From positions 1-38,823 of the forward strand of contig NW_021835744.1 of assembly GCF_006345805.1 (NCBI RefSeq): a DNA stretch of 38,823 bases, written 5' to 3'. Shown here in pieces: positions 12,405 through 23,483 of the stretch. Every line of letters starts with the position of its first letter. The stretch's first letter is position 1. The notes beneath the pieces were generated by a model. The model did not search any database. It saw only the letters and a program-made list of their open reading frames with translations, and was not told the origin of the DNA. The position numbers were made by a program, and so were the translations under genes. This DNA is from Octopus sinensis (taxonomy: Eukaryota).

Positions 12405-12865
12405 TTCAAGTAAAAATTTATATATTTATTAAATATAATATCTATTTAAAAAACCAGAAATACGTACTTGGAAATAAATGTTTTGATCAAAGTATGGCAT
12501 TATTACAATTATTCATTTATTATTGTTACTATTATTATCATTAATTAATATATTCAGAAATTAAAATTTGTTTATAAATGTATAATCATTTGGTATAATT
12601 AAGATAGCATATCTAAAATTAATATCTAATATTTCTACTGGCTGTTAAATAATATTTATATTCGTAGTTTAATATTAATTTTAAATACGCTATCTTAATT
12701 ATATTAAATGATTATAAATTTATTAATAAATTTTAATTTATGAATTAATGATAATAATAATAATGATGATAAATGAATAATTGCAATAATGCCATATTTC
12801 TGGTATATATTTTTGGATTTTGTAATCGTTTCTTTATTTATAAATATATACTTTTACCTGAATGC
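12405..12865. repeat. AT-rich imperfect foldback (long inverted repeat)
   Basis: atggcattattacaattattcattt... (about 12493) is mirrored by ...aaatgaataattgcaataatgccat (about 12795). aattaagatagc pairs with gctatcttaatt. Spacer is about 12630-12670. Confidence 0.8.
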
Positions 12866-13650
12866 TATGTAAGTGCCAATCCCATGGTTAATATTATATT
12901 AGCATTATTTATAATTGATATTTGTTTTCTTTGGGTGATCATGAATACATAAAAGTAACACAAATAAATAGTTAGTTGATATACTGGAAATAATTAAGTC
13001 AAAATTTGATATTTTATGTGTTTATGTATACGTTGTTAGTATTATATTTTATCAAAAATGAACAGGGACTTAAATACATTTAGATTAATATTATTGGAAG
13101 TATAAAAAACATTTTGGCCGTTGTAAACTTCCATACTTCTTTTATCCGTTTAAACTTCGTTGTTCGTTTATATATTTGAATTGTCAATGCGTACTCTATG
13201 ATAATATAGCGATTTAGAACCAGTAATTTGCTACTTAACAGTCATTGCACATAGAATTCCTTTTGTCTTTTTGAACCAATGCCCTGAAGTGACTTATATA
13301 CATAGATAGGTATTGTTTATGGATCAAATATTGTATATAAGTCGAAATATATTGTTGGCATCATTTTTTTTTTATGTGATGTTATCATACAATTTATGGA
13401 AACTATATTATATTATAATGTAAATAAAATTGTGAAATGTATTTCTCTATTTAATTTATTAATTGTAATTTATAGTAATTCCCCTAAATCTGTGCTATTC
13501 AACTGCTGGTGAATTGGTTGTTTTACATCCCACTGAAGGAATTGCTTTTTTCCACGTTTGTTACATTATATATTCAAAATGTGACCTCGTGTGTACCGCT
13601 GGCGATTTTTTTCCTCTGTCTTCCCTTCTCTGGATCTTTCCTTCTCCTAT

Positions 13651-13684
13651 GTTTCCGACGAAGAGCTCCGTTCGAAACGTTGAA
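13651..13684 (+). ncRNA. Ultra-minimal hammerhead-like motif, variant core CCGACGA
   Basis: GUUU-CCGACGA-A-GAGC(UCC)GUUC-GAA-ACGU-U-GAAC. Stem I is GUUU/GAAC. Stem III can form only as a dimer through palindromic ACGU. Confidence 0.5.
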
Positions 13685-13781
13685 CCCTCCTTCTTTCCTT
13701 CTCTCCTGAGCATCCAATAATACTATATTTGTTCCAAGTCCTCACGTTGTTGTGTTTTTTTGTGCTTTCTTGTTTGGATTA

Positions 13782-13872
<91 letters not shown>

Positions 13873-13873
<1 letters not shown>

Positions 13874-13959
13874 ATACGATGGGCTAATTTCAGTTACGGC
13901 AACCAAATCCATCCTGTGAGTGGATTTGGTTGCCGTAACTGAAATTAGCCATCGTATAT

Positions 13960-14049
<90 letters not shown>

Positions 14050-14146
14050 CTACAGCAGAAGACACCTGTCCAAGGTTGCCGCGCAGTGGAACTGAACGCG
14101 GAGCCATGTGGTTAAGAAGCAGGCTTCTTACGACACAGTCACGCCT
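13873..14146 (-). mobile_element. Family A SINE remnant with internal inverted duplication
   Basis: 14046-14146 is the reverse complement of the SINE head. 13873-13911 and 13921-13958 are mirror copies of the SINE middle. Confidence 0.75.
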
Positions 14147-14349
14147 GGGTTTGCTCGTCGTTTTCTTATTTACTTTTAAAGATCTATCAGTAATTGTGTG
14201 CCTGTCGGTGTAGATTTAGAAACTAAAATCCGTCGGTAAACGACAGCGAATGTTCCAGTCCATCCGCTCAACGGAACAGCCTGCTCGTGAAATTAACGCG
14301 CAGGAGATTCAGCGATAAATAGAATGTTACAAGACAGGCCCTTTGAAAC

Positions 14350-14455
14350 ACAAGACTACTCATTTATACCAGATGAGTTGACTGGAGCAACATGAAGAAT
14401 AAAGTGTCTTGCCTAAGGACACAACCTGCTGCCTGGTATCGAACCACTCGCCTTT
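14350..14455 (-). mobile_element. CORE-like SINE fragment
   Basis: Reverse complement contains ttcgatacc...ttgtgtccttaggcaagacactttatt...gttgctccagtcaactc. Confidence 0.65.
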
Positions 14456-14548
14456 ACCAGTATAAGCATTCCTTCTATAGATATAATCATTCTTTTCTTT
14501 AATTGATTTATGTTTTAAAATTTTTTATGCAGCTTTAAAAAAACTTAG

Positions 14549-14640
14549 GTCTTGCTCAAGAACACAACACGCAGCCCGGTCCGGGATTCGAGCTCACAAC
14601 CTCACGCTTGACGCTCTAAACACTGAGTCATGCGCCTTCA
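14549..14640 (-). mobile_element. tRNA-derived SINE head with Pol III A/B boxes
   Basis: Reverse complement gtgaaggcgcatgactcagtgtttagagcgtc...gagctcgaatcccggaccgg...ttgtgttcttgagcaagac. Confidence 0.75.
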
Positions 14641-14691
14641 CTATAAATACGAATATATATATATGTGTGTGGTGTATATATAATACATATA

Positions 14692-14772
<81 letters not shown>

Positions 14773-15689
14773 CATGCAAACATACAGTTAACACGACTTT
14801 TGTCCTTAGATACAACTGTTTATTCCATTTGCTTACCTCGAGAAAGTATGGAAAATGGTTAACATTTCCTTCAAGCACACACATTCAAATACATACACTC
14901 AAACAGTCGCATACACATCCGCACACGCACATACAATCTCCTCTCCACCGCACACATTAAAAGGCCTCCCAAATTTACTCTATAGCTCGCTTATATTAAC
15001 ATATCCTGTTTGCATCTCTCTCTATGGAGTTCATAATGAAAGTACCAATCCTATGCGATACTCCTGCCGAATTTTATGAACGTAGAGTCCGGATGTTGCG
15101 TTGACTGTTCCGGTTCTATCTTTTCTGGAGTTCAAATCCTGCTACGGCCTACTTCGTTGCTTAATTTAACACAAAACATGGCTTTAAAACTCCATACGGC
15201 AACTTGAATTTCATAAGCCGTGTCCACTCTTAAAGGTGTTTTGACCAGACAATCAGTTTGAAGATGCTTTCCTTCTTCCGTGTCCCTTCAGTAACGAGAT
15301 CTCGCTGAAGGCTTATGTGCACTGCTTTTCCGGTTGTTTAAAGGATAAAACAGTGAAAACTTGTGTCCTTACTCCATGACAGGCAAGTGTCCAGTGCTCA
15401 CATCTTCCGTCAGGGACCTTCAGCTATATCTAAATTGTTTTGTAATATTTTCTCTAATCGTATCAACGTAAATCTATAGAAATATTAGGTTATCAAGAAA
15501 GTTCTTGCGGTTTTTAACTTTTAAATTCAGATGGACATATCTCGGCTCAAATAAAACTTTATTAATTGAAATAAACACCAGAATCAATACACTTTTGCCA
15601 ACGTCAAACAAGTTTCTATATGCCAGTAGCGTAAAAATTCTGTGTTTCCGTCCATAAAGGGTTTAGCTTTGGGGCGTATCTTAAAACCC

Positions 15690-16095
15690 AATACCTGCTG
15701 ACTTAGGGCTTCTGACCAAGGCGTTTTCTTTCGCTAGGGGTTTCACGAGTATTAGAGACAGCGATGTAGAAATTATTATGCATACCAGAAGAACAGTGAT
15801 GTTCAACAAAGGTTCGGCATGGGTCTAGCAATCCGACCCCACGGGCTCTTTGACGTAGCGATGGGAACCTACAACAGCGCTGAAGTATGCGACCTGATTG
15901 GGTTGTATATCGAGGATACCCTTGGGAATAAGTTCCCCTCTTTCCTCTTTGTCCTCTGCAGAAACGACGCCTTGGCTATCTATTGGGGAGCAAGCGGGCA
16001 TACACTAGATAGGCTTAGGAAAGACTTAATCAGCACGTTTGCCACCATGGGTTTGAAGTTCACCATAGCAGCCAACCTCACAGCAACGGACTTCT
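15690..16095 (+). mobile_element. Penelope-like reverse transcriptase fragment
   Basis: LTKAFSFARG..DVEIIMHTRRTVMF, then FDVAMGTYNSAEVCDLIGLYI...RNDAL...DRLRKDLISTFATMGLKFTIAANL..TDFLDVTL, which matches the PLE RT pattern (MGSYDGAE.C.LVG, YRDD, FLDVT). Confidence 0.85.
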
Positions 16096-17099
16096 TAGAC
16101 GTCACGCTCCTCTTGCGCTTCGGTAATTGCGCGAGAATCCTAAAAGACTCGCTCGAAGCAGGGAACATCCTTAACTATAGAACGGAGATTTTCAGGCCAT
16201 CTTTACATTTTAGGAAATTCCTGCTGCTGTTTCGAGCCCACAAGATGGCGGCACAGCCAGAAATAAATATCCAATGGCAAAGAGAGGTAATCCCCTACTG
16301 TTTACCTTGGTAACGCGGTTTTCCCCCCTCCATATTTAGAAGAGGTCTTAGGTCAACATGTTTTGGGATCTGAAGATACGTCATAAAGCTATACCCTTAA
16401 TGGAAGGGAACCCATGGTAATCCTGTAAACCAGCTTTCTCCACTTTTAATATATACTGCTTTACATCTTAGAATGTGCTTATTTTTTCTACATACCACCC
16501 TTATATATATATATATCTATGGGACAAGAAGACGAGATAAAAAAGCAAACAAATTGAAAGGAGTTTTCAATGTTTCGAGCATGCGCTCTTCTAGGATAGA
16601 TGACGAGAGACAAAAAAATAAACGTATCTCAATTAGACAATTTCGATATGCTCAGATACATGCATGAGATAACTTTAATTGAGAGAAAAGCAAATGTCTA
16701 ATTTTTCAAATACACACAAGTTAACTGCAAATATCACAGATACAAAACAGTTTTCATTTCCATGGAGCCTTCTTGACTTCTAAATACAGAGAAAGCAAGC
16801 AGAATTTACAATACGGAAACATCAAAGTCCCATGTCAATTAACGAGCAGAAGAACTGAGGAGCGACAAAGAACACAAGAAAAGACAGAAAAGACTTTGGA
16901 GTTAGCAACAAGAATGGATCCGGTAATTTAGTACAATTGTTTCATACTACAACATTTTATTAAAAGCTGTAAATATTACAGCAGATTTAAGATGCTGAGT
17001 AATCTTCAGCTAATTTTATATAAGTTTTCCAATAATATAAAAGTTTTCAAATCAATTAATAACATCTTAGAGAAGGTAAATATACAGATAAAGATGTAG

Positions 17100-17250
17100 A
17101 TATGAATCTTAGGAACATGAGATCGTGTGGTTCAAATAATATAGGATACAACCTAAAATGGGATATAGTTAGAAGGGCAAAACCTTATAGAAATAGTAGA
17201 GTAGGCTGTCAACTCTGTTCTATGGAAACCTATGAAATTGTTAAGTATCA
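17100..17250 (+). mobile_element. Penelope-like GIY-YIG C-terminal fragment
   Basis: YNLKWDIVRRAKPYRNSRVGCQLCSMETYEI matches the PLE W.I...A.PY....C.LC..E..I tail. Confidence 0.75.
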
Positions 17251-17306
17251 CACAAACACACACACACATCACACACACACACACACACATACACACACAT
17301 TGTGCA

Positions 17307-17340
<34 letters not shown>

Positions 17341-17351
17341 ATACATATATC

Positions 17352-17382
<31 letters not shown>

Positions 17383-17421
17383 TATTTCTGTGCTTGAGCA
17401 CAGCCTTTAGTCGAACAAATC

Positions 17422-20051
17422 AATGCAACCTCTTTATCACCTGTACGTACAATCATGCGAACTGCGACGAAATCACTCGCGAGAACTCCTCCCAGGGCCT
17501 GTGTCAGTTTCACACTCATCGACACGACATCGTTGCTAGGGCTTCTGTCTGAATTGGGCAAAAATGGATTGATTTGATAGTTAAGGGTCAATTTTCCGGG
17601 CATGGGCATGCAGGTGCCACATGCTTTCGGTCGAGTGGCAAAAGAGGGGTTTGCCACATGCTCACATCTTAATTTGGCTAACTAATAAAATCGAACTAAT
17701 GACATTGACAAATTCATTCCGCTGAGATTCCTGACCCCGATGAGGACCCCGAACTGTACGAAATTGTCCGCACTACCATGGTACACGGGCCCTGTGGACC
17801 AAGTTACGCCAACACACCATGCTGCAAAAACGGATTAGCCTGCTCAAAGGGGTTCCCTAAACGGTTCACTTTGGAGACTCAAACAGGCGGCGATGGGTAT
17901 CAGCTGTACAAACGAAGGAGTCCAGCCAATGGAGGCCGACGATTACGGTTGGGCGACATTAAGTGGACAACAGCTACATCGTCCCCTACTGTCCTCTCCT
18001 GTTGAAGATATTCAAATCCACGTCAACGTTGAGTTCTGCAGGTCCATCGGGTTAATATAATATGTCTGCAAATATATCAACAAGGGTAGCGATGCTGCCA
18101 TGTTCAGCATCCAGAGGACCACCAGTCGCGACGAAGTGTCCAATTATTTGGCAGGCCGGTACCTCAGCAGCAAGGAAGCGTTTTGGCACATTTACGGCTT
18201 TCCGCTCCATCAGAGATACCCGGCTGTGGTGCAGCTTGCTGTACACTTGGAAAATGGACAGCGCATTTACTTCACAGAGCAAACTGCTGCGCAAGGTAGC
18301 CACCAACCCTAAAGACACAACGTCGACCGGTTTCTTCAAATTATGCCAACGTGATGACTTCGCTCGAACGCTTTTGTACACATAGGTCCCATCGTACTTC
18401 GTGTGGTCTAACAACACCTGGGTTCGACAGAAATCCGGCCAAAACGTCGAAGGCTTCCCAGGCGTCAAGTTTGACTCCTGCCTGGGACGAGTTTACAATA
18501 TCCCACCAAACCAGCAAGAATGCTTCTACTTCCGTCTCCTTCTACAACAGGTTCCAGCAATATACGTACCGTCAATGGGGTTCTGTGCGACACCTTCAGG
18601 GAAGCATGTATGAGACTTGGCCTTCTAGAGGATGACTCCCAGTGGGACGCCACTATGGCAGAGGGCGCTTTACTACAAACGCCTTCGGCCCTACGACATC
18701 TTTCCGTAATCCTTCAAAACTGTCAGCTTAGTGACCCACTAAGTCTCTGGATGAAATACAGGGATGACATGTCGCAGGACTTCTTACGTACGGCTCAGCA
18801 ACACTGCCCTTCCTTCGAGATCACGTTCGCCAACTTCATTTACAATTTTGTGCTTATTCAACTCGATGACGCTGTCATCGATATGGGTGGCTCTGCTTTA
18901 ATGGAGTACATCCTTCCACCACCCACACCTGAACACGCTAATGTTATGTATGCTGAATTGTTACGCGAAACTTCCTACTGCACCAGTACGTCCAAGATAA
19001 TGAACCACGACTGCTTCCAGACCAGCGCATAGTCTACAACACCATCGTAGACTCTGTCAGACAGCAACGTGGGGGGATTTACTTCCTTGACGCACCTGGC
19101 GGCACTGGCAAAACCTTCGTCACGAAACTAATTTTGGCGGTGGTCAGACGCAACATGGACATTGCCCTGGCTGTAGCTTCCTCTGGTATCGTGGCCACGT
19201 TGCTTCCGGGTAGCAGAACGCCCACTCTGCCTTCAGACTTCCGCTCGATCTGGCAAAGTCTGAGTCACCTATATGCAACATCGCCAAGAACTCAGAACAG
19301 GCCGACATTCTGCGCAGATGCAAACTCATCGTATGGGTCGAGTGCACTTGAAGCTATTCGGTTTTATTAGTTAGCTACTTGAAGCTATTCCTGGTGATGT
19401 CCACGTCTACAAATCTATAGATAGGACAGCAGACCACGCCGAGCTTGCCGATTATCCTGTTGAATTCCTGAATTCACTTGAACTGCCAGGCCTGCCGCCA
19501 CACATCCTGAAGTTAAAAGTCGGTGCGCCCATTATGCTCATCAGGAATTTGGTTCCACCTAAACAGTGCAACGGCAAACGCCTGGTTGTGAAACATTTGG
19601 CACCACATTTAATAACGGCCACAATACTTACCGGTTGTGGGAAGGAAGAGGACATCTTAATTCCACGCATACACCTTCAACCGTCGGGCGCTGACCTACC
19701 AATCCACTTCAGGTGTCTTCAGTTTCATGTTAAACTCTGCTTCGCAATGTCCATCAATAAATCCCAAGGCCAAGCGCTACAAGTCGCTGGGTTACATTTG
19801 GGCGAACAGTGCTTCGCCCACGGTCAACTCTACGTGGGCTGTTCACGCGTTGGGAGGCGCAATGATGTATTCATGTTTTCGCCCAAAGGGACAGCTTGGA
19901 ACGTTGAATACACATAAGTATTCGAGTGAAGAGAAGACATTGCAACCTACACATGCGCCTTCGTTCCCTAGAGGGAAAGGACTAGATCGGGATTAATCGT
20001 TGCCAACTACGGTCTCTTACATACCCGGGCAACGCCGGGCTATGCTGCTAG
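17422..20051 (+). mobile_element. Helitron, 5'-truncated, decayed Rep/PIF1 helicase, intact 3' hairpin and CTAG
   Basis: HDIVAR, QKRGLPHAHIL (about 17640), MVHGPCG, YVCKYINKGSD, HLENGQR, DAPGGTGKTF (about 19090), LKLKVGAPIMLIRNL, FAMSINKSQGQ, HGQLYVGCSRV. The 3' hairpin is cccgggcaacgccggg (about 20024-20039), then CTAG (20048-20051) followed by T of an (AT)n tract. Confidence 0.95.
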
Positions 20052-20062
20052 TATATATATAT

Positions 20063-20105
<43 letters not shown>

Positions 20106-20344
20106 ATAAATATAATAAAATGCAAAATGGGGACAATGGGACAGAACGCAAAGCATTCGGACAACTAGGTGATACAAAAGGGGACGACAAAACATCCAGA
20201 TAGACGATACAATAAAAAACACGGACGGGTCAATCGAAGCCTTTATCTTCAGTCAAGAACTGGATCATCCTCGCAATTTCGGCTGATTAATCTTAAGATT
20301 GCTCCAATCTGGCCGTCCCCAAGGAAAAACTAAGCAAAGAGCAT

Positions 20345-22690
20345 GACGTCTCTAATATTTTTTTCTGGACTAGTGGTGTACATTCACTGGTAGTATTCCA
20401 TACGGTTTCACCATTTTGTCCGCAAATTCTGCACTTTCCACTTTCTGATGTGCTATCTATTCTGCATTTGATGTAAATGGTTCTTAAAATCAGTTTTAAT
20501 CATCCATCTTTTTTCTCTTTCTGTCTTATCTTCAACATCCCATTGAAATTGTTCATACATTCCTTTCTTTATCCATCTATTTTCAGTTTCATTCATTCTC
20601 AAGTGCTTGTACAGTGCTTTATCTTCCATCCTACACAAGCCTGGTCTTTTTACTTCCAAGAATAGCAGTTCTGTGGCATGTTTTACATATCATGTTGTTT
20701 TCTTCTGCTCTAATGCTGTGTTCGCATCCAATCAGTTCTTTTCCCCCTCTTATTCTTGGTGCATAAAGACTATCTCTGTCATTTTTTGGGTGGAGTATTC
20801 CATATCTAGTTAGCAACTTTCTTGTCATTTTGTCTATACTGTTTAGTTCGTCTACAGCCGATACGATTACTCCTGCTCCATATCTAAGGAGTGAAACCGC
20901 CCAGATGTTGATAGCATCAATCGTATTCCGTAAGTTTAATTTTGATTTAAGGATTAGTCTCAGTTTGCGCAAGTACACCACCTTAAATTTTTCTGTCATT
21001 TCTTTCTCCATTAATTTATCCATTTCCAATATCCCCAAGTACTTATAGCCCGTCTCTTCTATCTGTTACATAAGCTCTCCCAACGGTACCGCTAGCCCAT
21101 CCGTACACTTAATTTTGCTTCTCTTCAAGACAAACACATTCTGATACACTGACAGTATACACCGTATCAACAAGGGAACTGATTTAGGATTCAGCTTTAT
21201 CATAAAGTTTGAGGTCATCCATGAATATGAAGGGGTTGACTCTTTGTTGGAGGCTCTTGAATAACGTACACAGCCTTTGCTTTCCTCGGAATCAGTGTTA
21301 GTGGTATCATGCACATTACAAAGATCAGTGGGGACAGGAAGTTCCCTTGGAAGATGCCTGATTTCTATTTCCCTAAACTTCTGTATGCTGTCAGTTCCGT
21401 TCTCCACTTCGCTATACTTTTTCCAAGCAAACGTTCAACATTCGATGCAATACCAAATAGGTTCATACATTCCATAATCCAAGAATGTGGGATCATATGG
21501 CATACCTTACGATAATAGATCTATGACATGGGTAAGTTAGTTTTCTTCCTCTTGCAGGCTATTTTGTCTACCAGGAGTTGATCCTTGTTACCTCTGCACT
21601 TACGCTTGCAACCCTTCTGCTCATGTAGCAGGACTCCATTTTTTCCAGATGTTCGTATGTTGACTCTGCGTCTATTCCAGTCAATAATTTCCACATATGG
21701 AGCATGCAGGATATCGGCCTCTAATTGTCTACCGTTTTGCCTTTTACGATGTTTTTCAAACACAGCACTATTCTACCCATTGCAACCACTCTGGTATTAC
21801 ATGGTCGGCAATTAACAAGCTGTTAATTTGTGCAGCTATTCGTGTATGACATTCACTAAGCTTTTGATCAAGTAGCCTTGAACCCCATCTGCACCTGGGG
21901 CCTTCAAGTTGCCTATGTTTTTGTTGATCTTCTTCACTTCCCTAACTGAAATGACTAGATCTGCCTGTTGTGGACACACTACTGTTTGCTTCAGTTTTTG
22001 CAACCATTTAGCATCCTTCTTGTGCTCCTTGTCTTTGCTCCAGATGTCACACCACAACCTTTGACTTTCAATGTTATATAGTATCATCTTTTCATCTGTA
22101 CACTCTCCATTTATTTCTTTGTAGAATCTCTTCTGATCTACACAGAAATAAGCTATTCTGCTGGTATTGCTTCGTTTTTCTTTGCACAACGAGACGCTGT
22201 TTCAGTGTCTCCATTACCAATTTCAAGCTCTTTCTTTCAATACCCATACTTTCTGTTCAGTGCCCTGTATTTTTGTTCGCTTTGATGCTCCCCCATTCGT
22301 TTCGGTCTAACACAGAAATGTACTTCGAGAGCATATCAAATCCCGCTTATATTCTACCATGGATCTTTTCTTTTGTCACTCCCAATATATTTCTTTTTCT
22401 TGACATCAACACCCACATTTTCTGCTACAACAATACTTGATCAAATTATTTGTTTCTGTGATGTTCTTTGTTATGGTGTGTTTCAGAATTTCATTCACAT
22501 TTTTCGTTTCTTGATTCAATTTCCAATGTTCAGCCTTTTAAAGGTTGCAACTAATGTCGCTGTCGTTCTTCTGTGGCGTTGCCTTTATTCTGTTGTAGAT
22601 TGCCTTTTTTCCCATCTATCATGTAAACAATAGTTTTATTGTCTTCTTCGAGACCATCTATATGTCTCTCATCGAGTAAGTGGTGCTCTT
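20345..22690 (-). mobile_element. R4/Dong-clade LINE remnant (RT and CCHC knuckle)
   Basis: [95 protein letters not shown], truncated at RRH. Confidence 0.9.
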
Positions 22691-23483
22691 TTCCAGAAAA
22701 TGCATCATCACTATTCTGCGCTGGTCCCCAAAACTGTGAGTATCTTCTTGCTTGCTGAGAGTTGGGCACGCGCCTTCTTTGGAGGGGGTGAGTTATCATG
22801 CTTCCATTGCTTCAACTGGACTTTAGTATCAGGATCAGTGATTGACTCATGTTTCATCCTGTGTGATAAGTCTGTTGAAAAAAGCCTACTCGTTTTCTTG
22901 GCACATTGCCAAAATTGTCTGGGAGCACTTGACTCGTTCCTGCTTCTGAAAAGGTGTGAGCATCCGGGGACTCCATCGAGCAGACAACCTCCGCATGTGC
23001 AAATTGCTGTGAATGATTTTGTCCGCGGACCCTATACTTATCTTCACTTCTTGAGCGAGTTACCGAATAGTTATGCGGCCATCCTCCAAAATAGCGGAAT
23101 CCACCTTATGATATCGTCATCAATGGCGGAATGCGGTCGTTCAGGAACAGGAGAAGTTTCCACCGATGTCCGACCACATTGGAACTAGTGATGCTGGAGC
23201 TTGACTAAGTTGAATGATGGTGAATCGTCACCATAAACTTCTTTAATTTCATTGAAAGTCTCTTTTGGTGTAAGACCTTTCAAGTATAAGAACCTCGTCA
23301 ATGAAAACTGCCTCCACTATAACACCTTGGTCCACTTCAGCAGCCGTAAAAGATAAATGAATGCTAGTGGAACGGTGCAATTTACAATGTGACATGTAGA
23401 GACGAATGATTATACATGTATAAGTTCCGTTTCCTGCAGTAGCGGGAAGGGGGTCAGAGAAAACCGTAAATGAACGCTCCTCG
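22690..23483 (-). mobile_element. Mariner (Tc1/mariner) transposon 5' part with left TIR and transposase pseudogene
   Basis: Starts TA|CGAGGAGCGTTCA (TA at 23484-23485). Translates to YLKGLTPKETF..IKEVYGDDSPS, ILEDGRIT, LHMRRLSARW.P (WVP motif), LITQDET (first catalytic D). Lost after the FWD region. Confidence 0.9.

Noticed and set aside
14549-14640. tRNA-like sequence
   Set aside because: It continues into a CORE-like SINE body and lacks a full cloverleaf, so it is a SINE head rather than a tRNA gene.
15285-15312. Hairpin ccttcag-taa-cgagatctcg-ctgaagg
   Set aside because: Short isolated palindrome with no ribozyme core, TSD or second copy.
16751-16922. Open frame between AG and GTAATT (possible exon)
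   Set aside because: No polypyrimidine tract at the acceptor and no recognisable domain.
22700-23188. 162-aa plus-strand ORF
   Set aside because: Antisense to the mariner transposase pseudogene.
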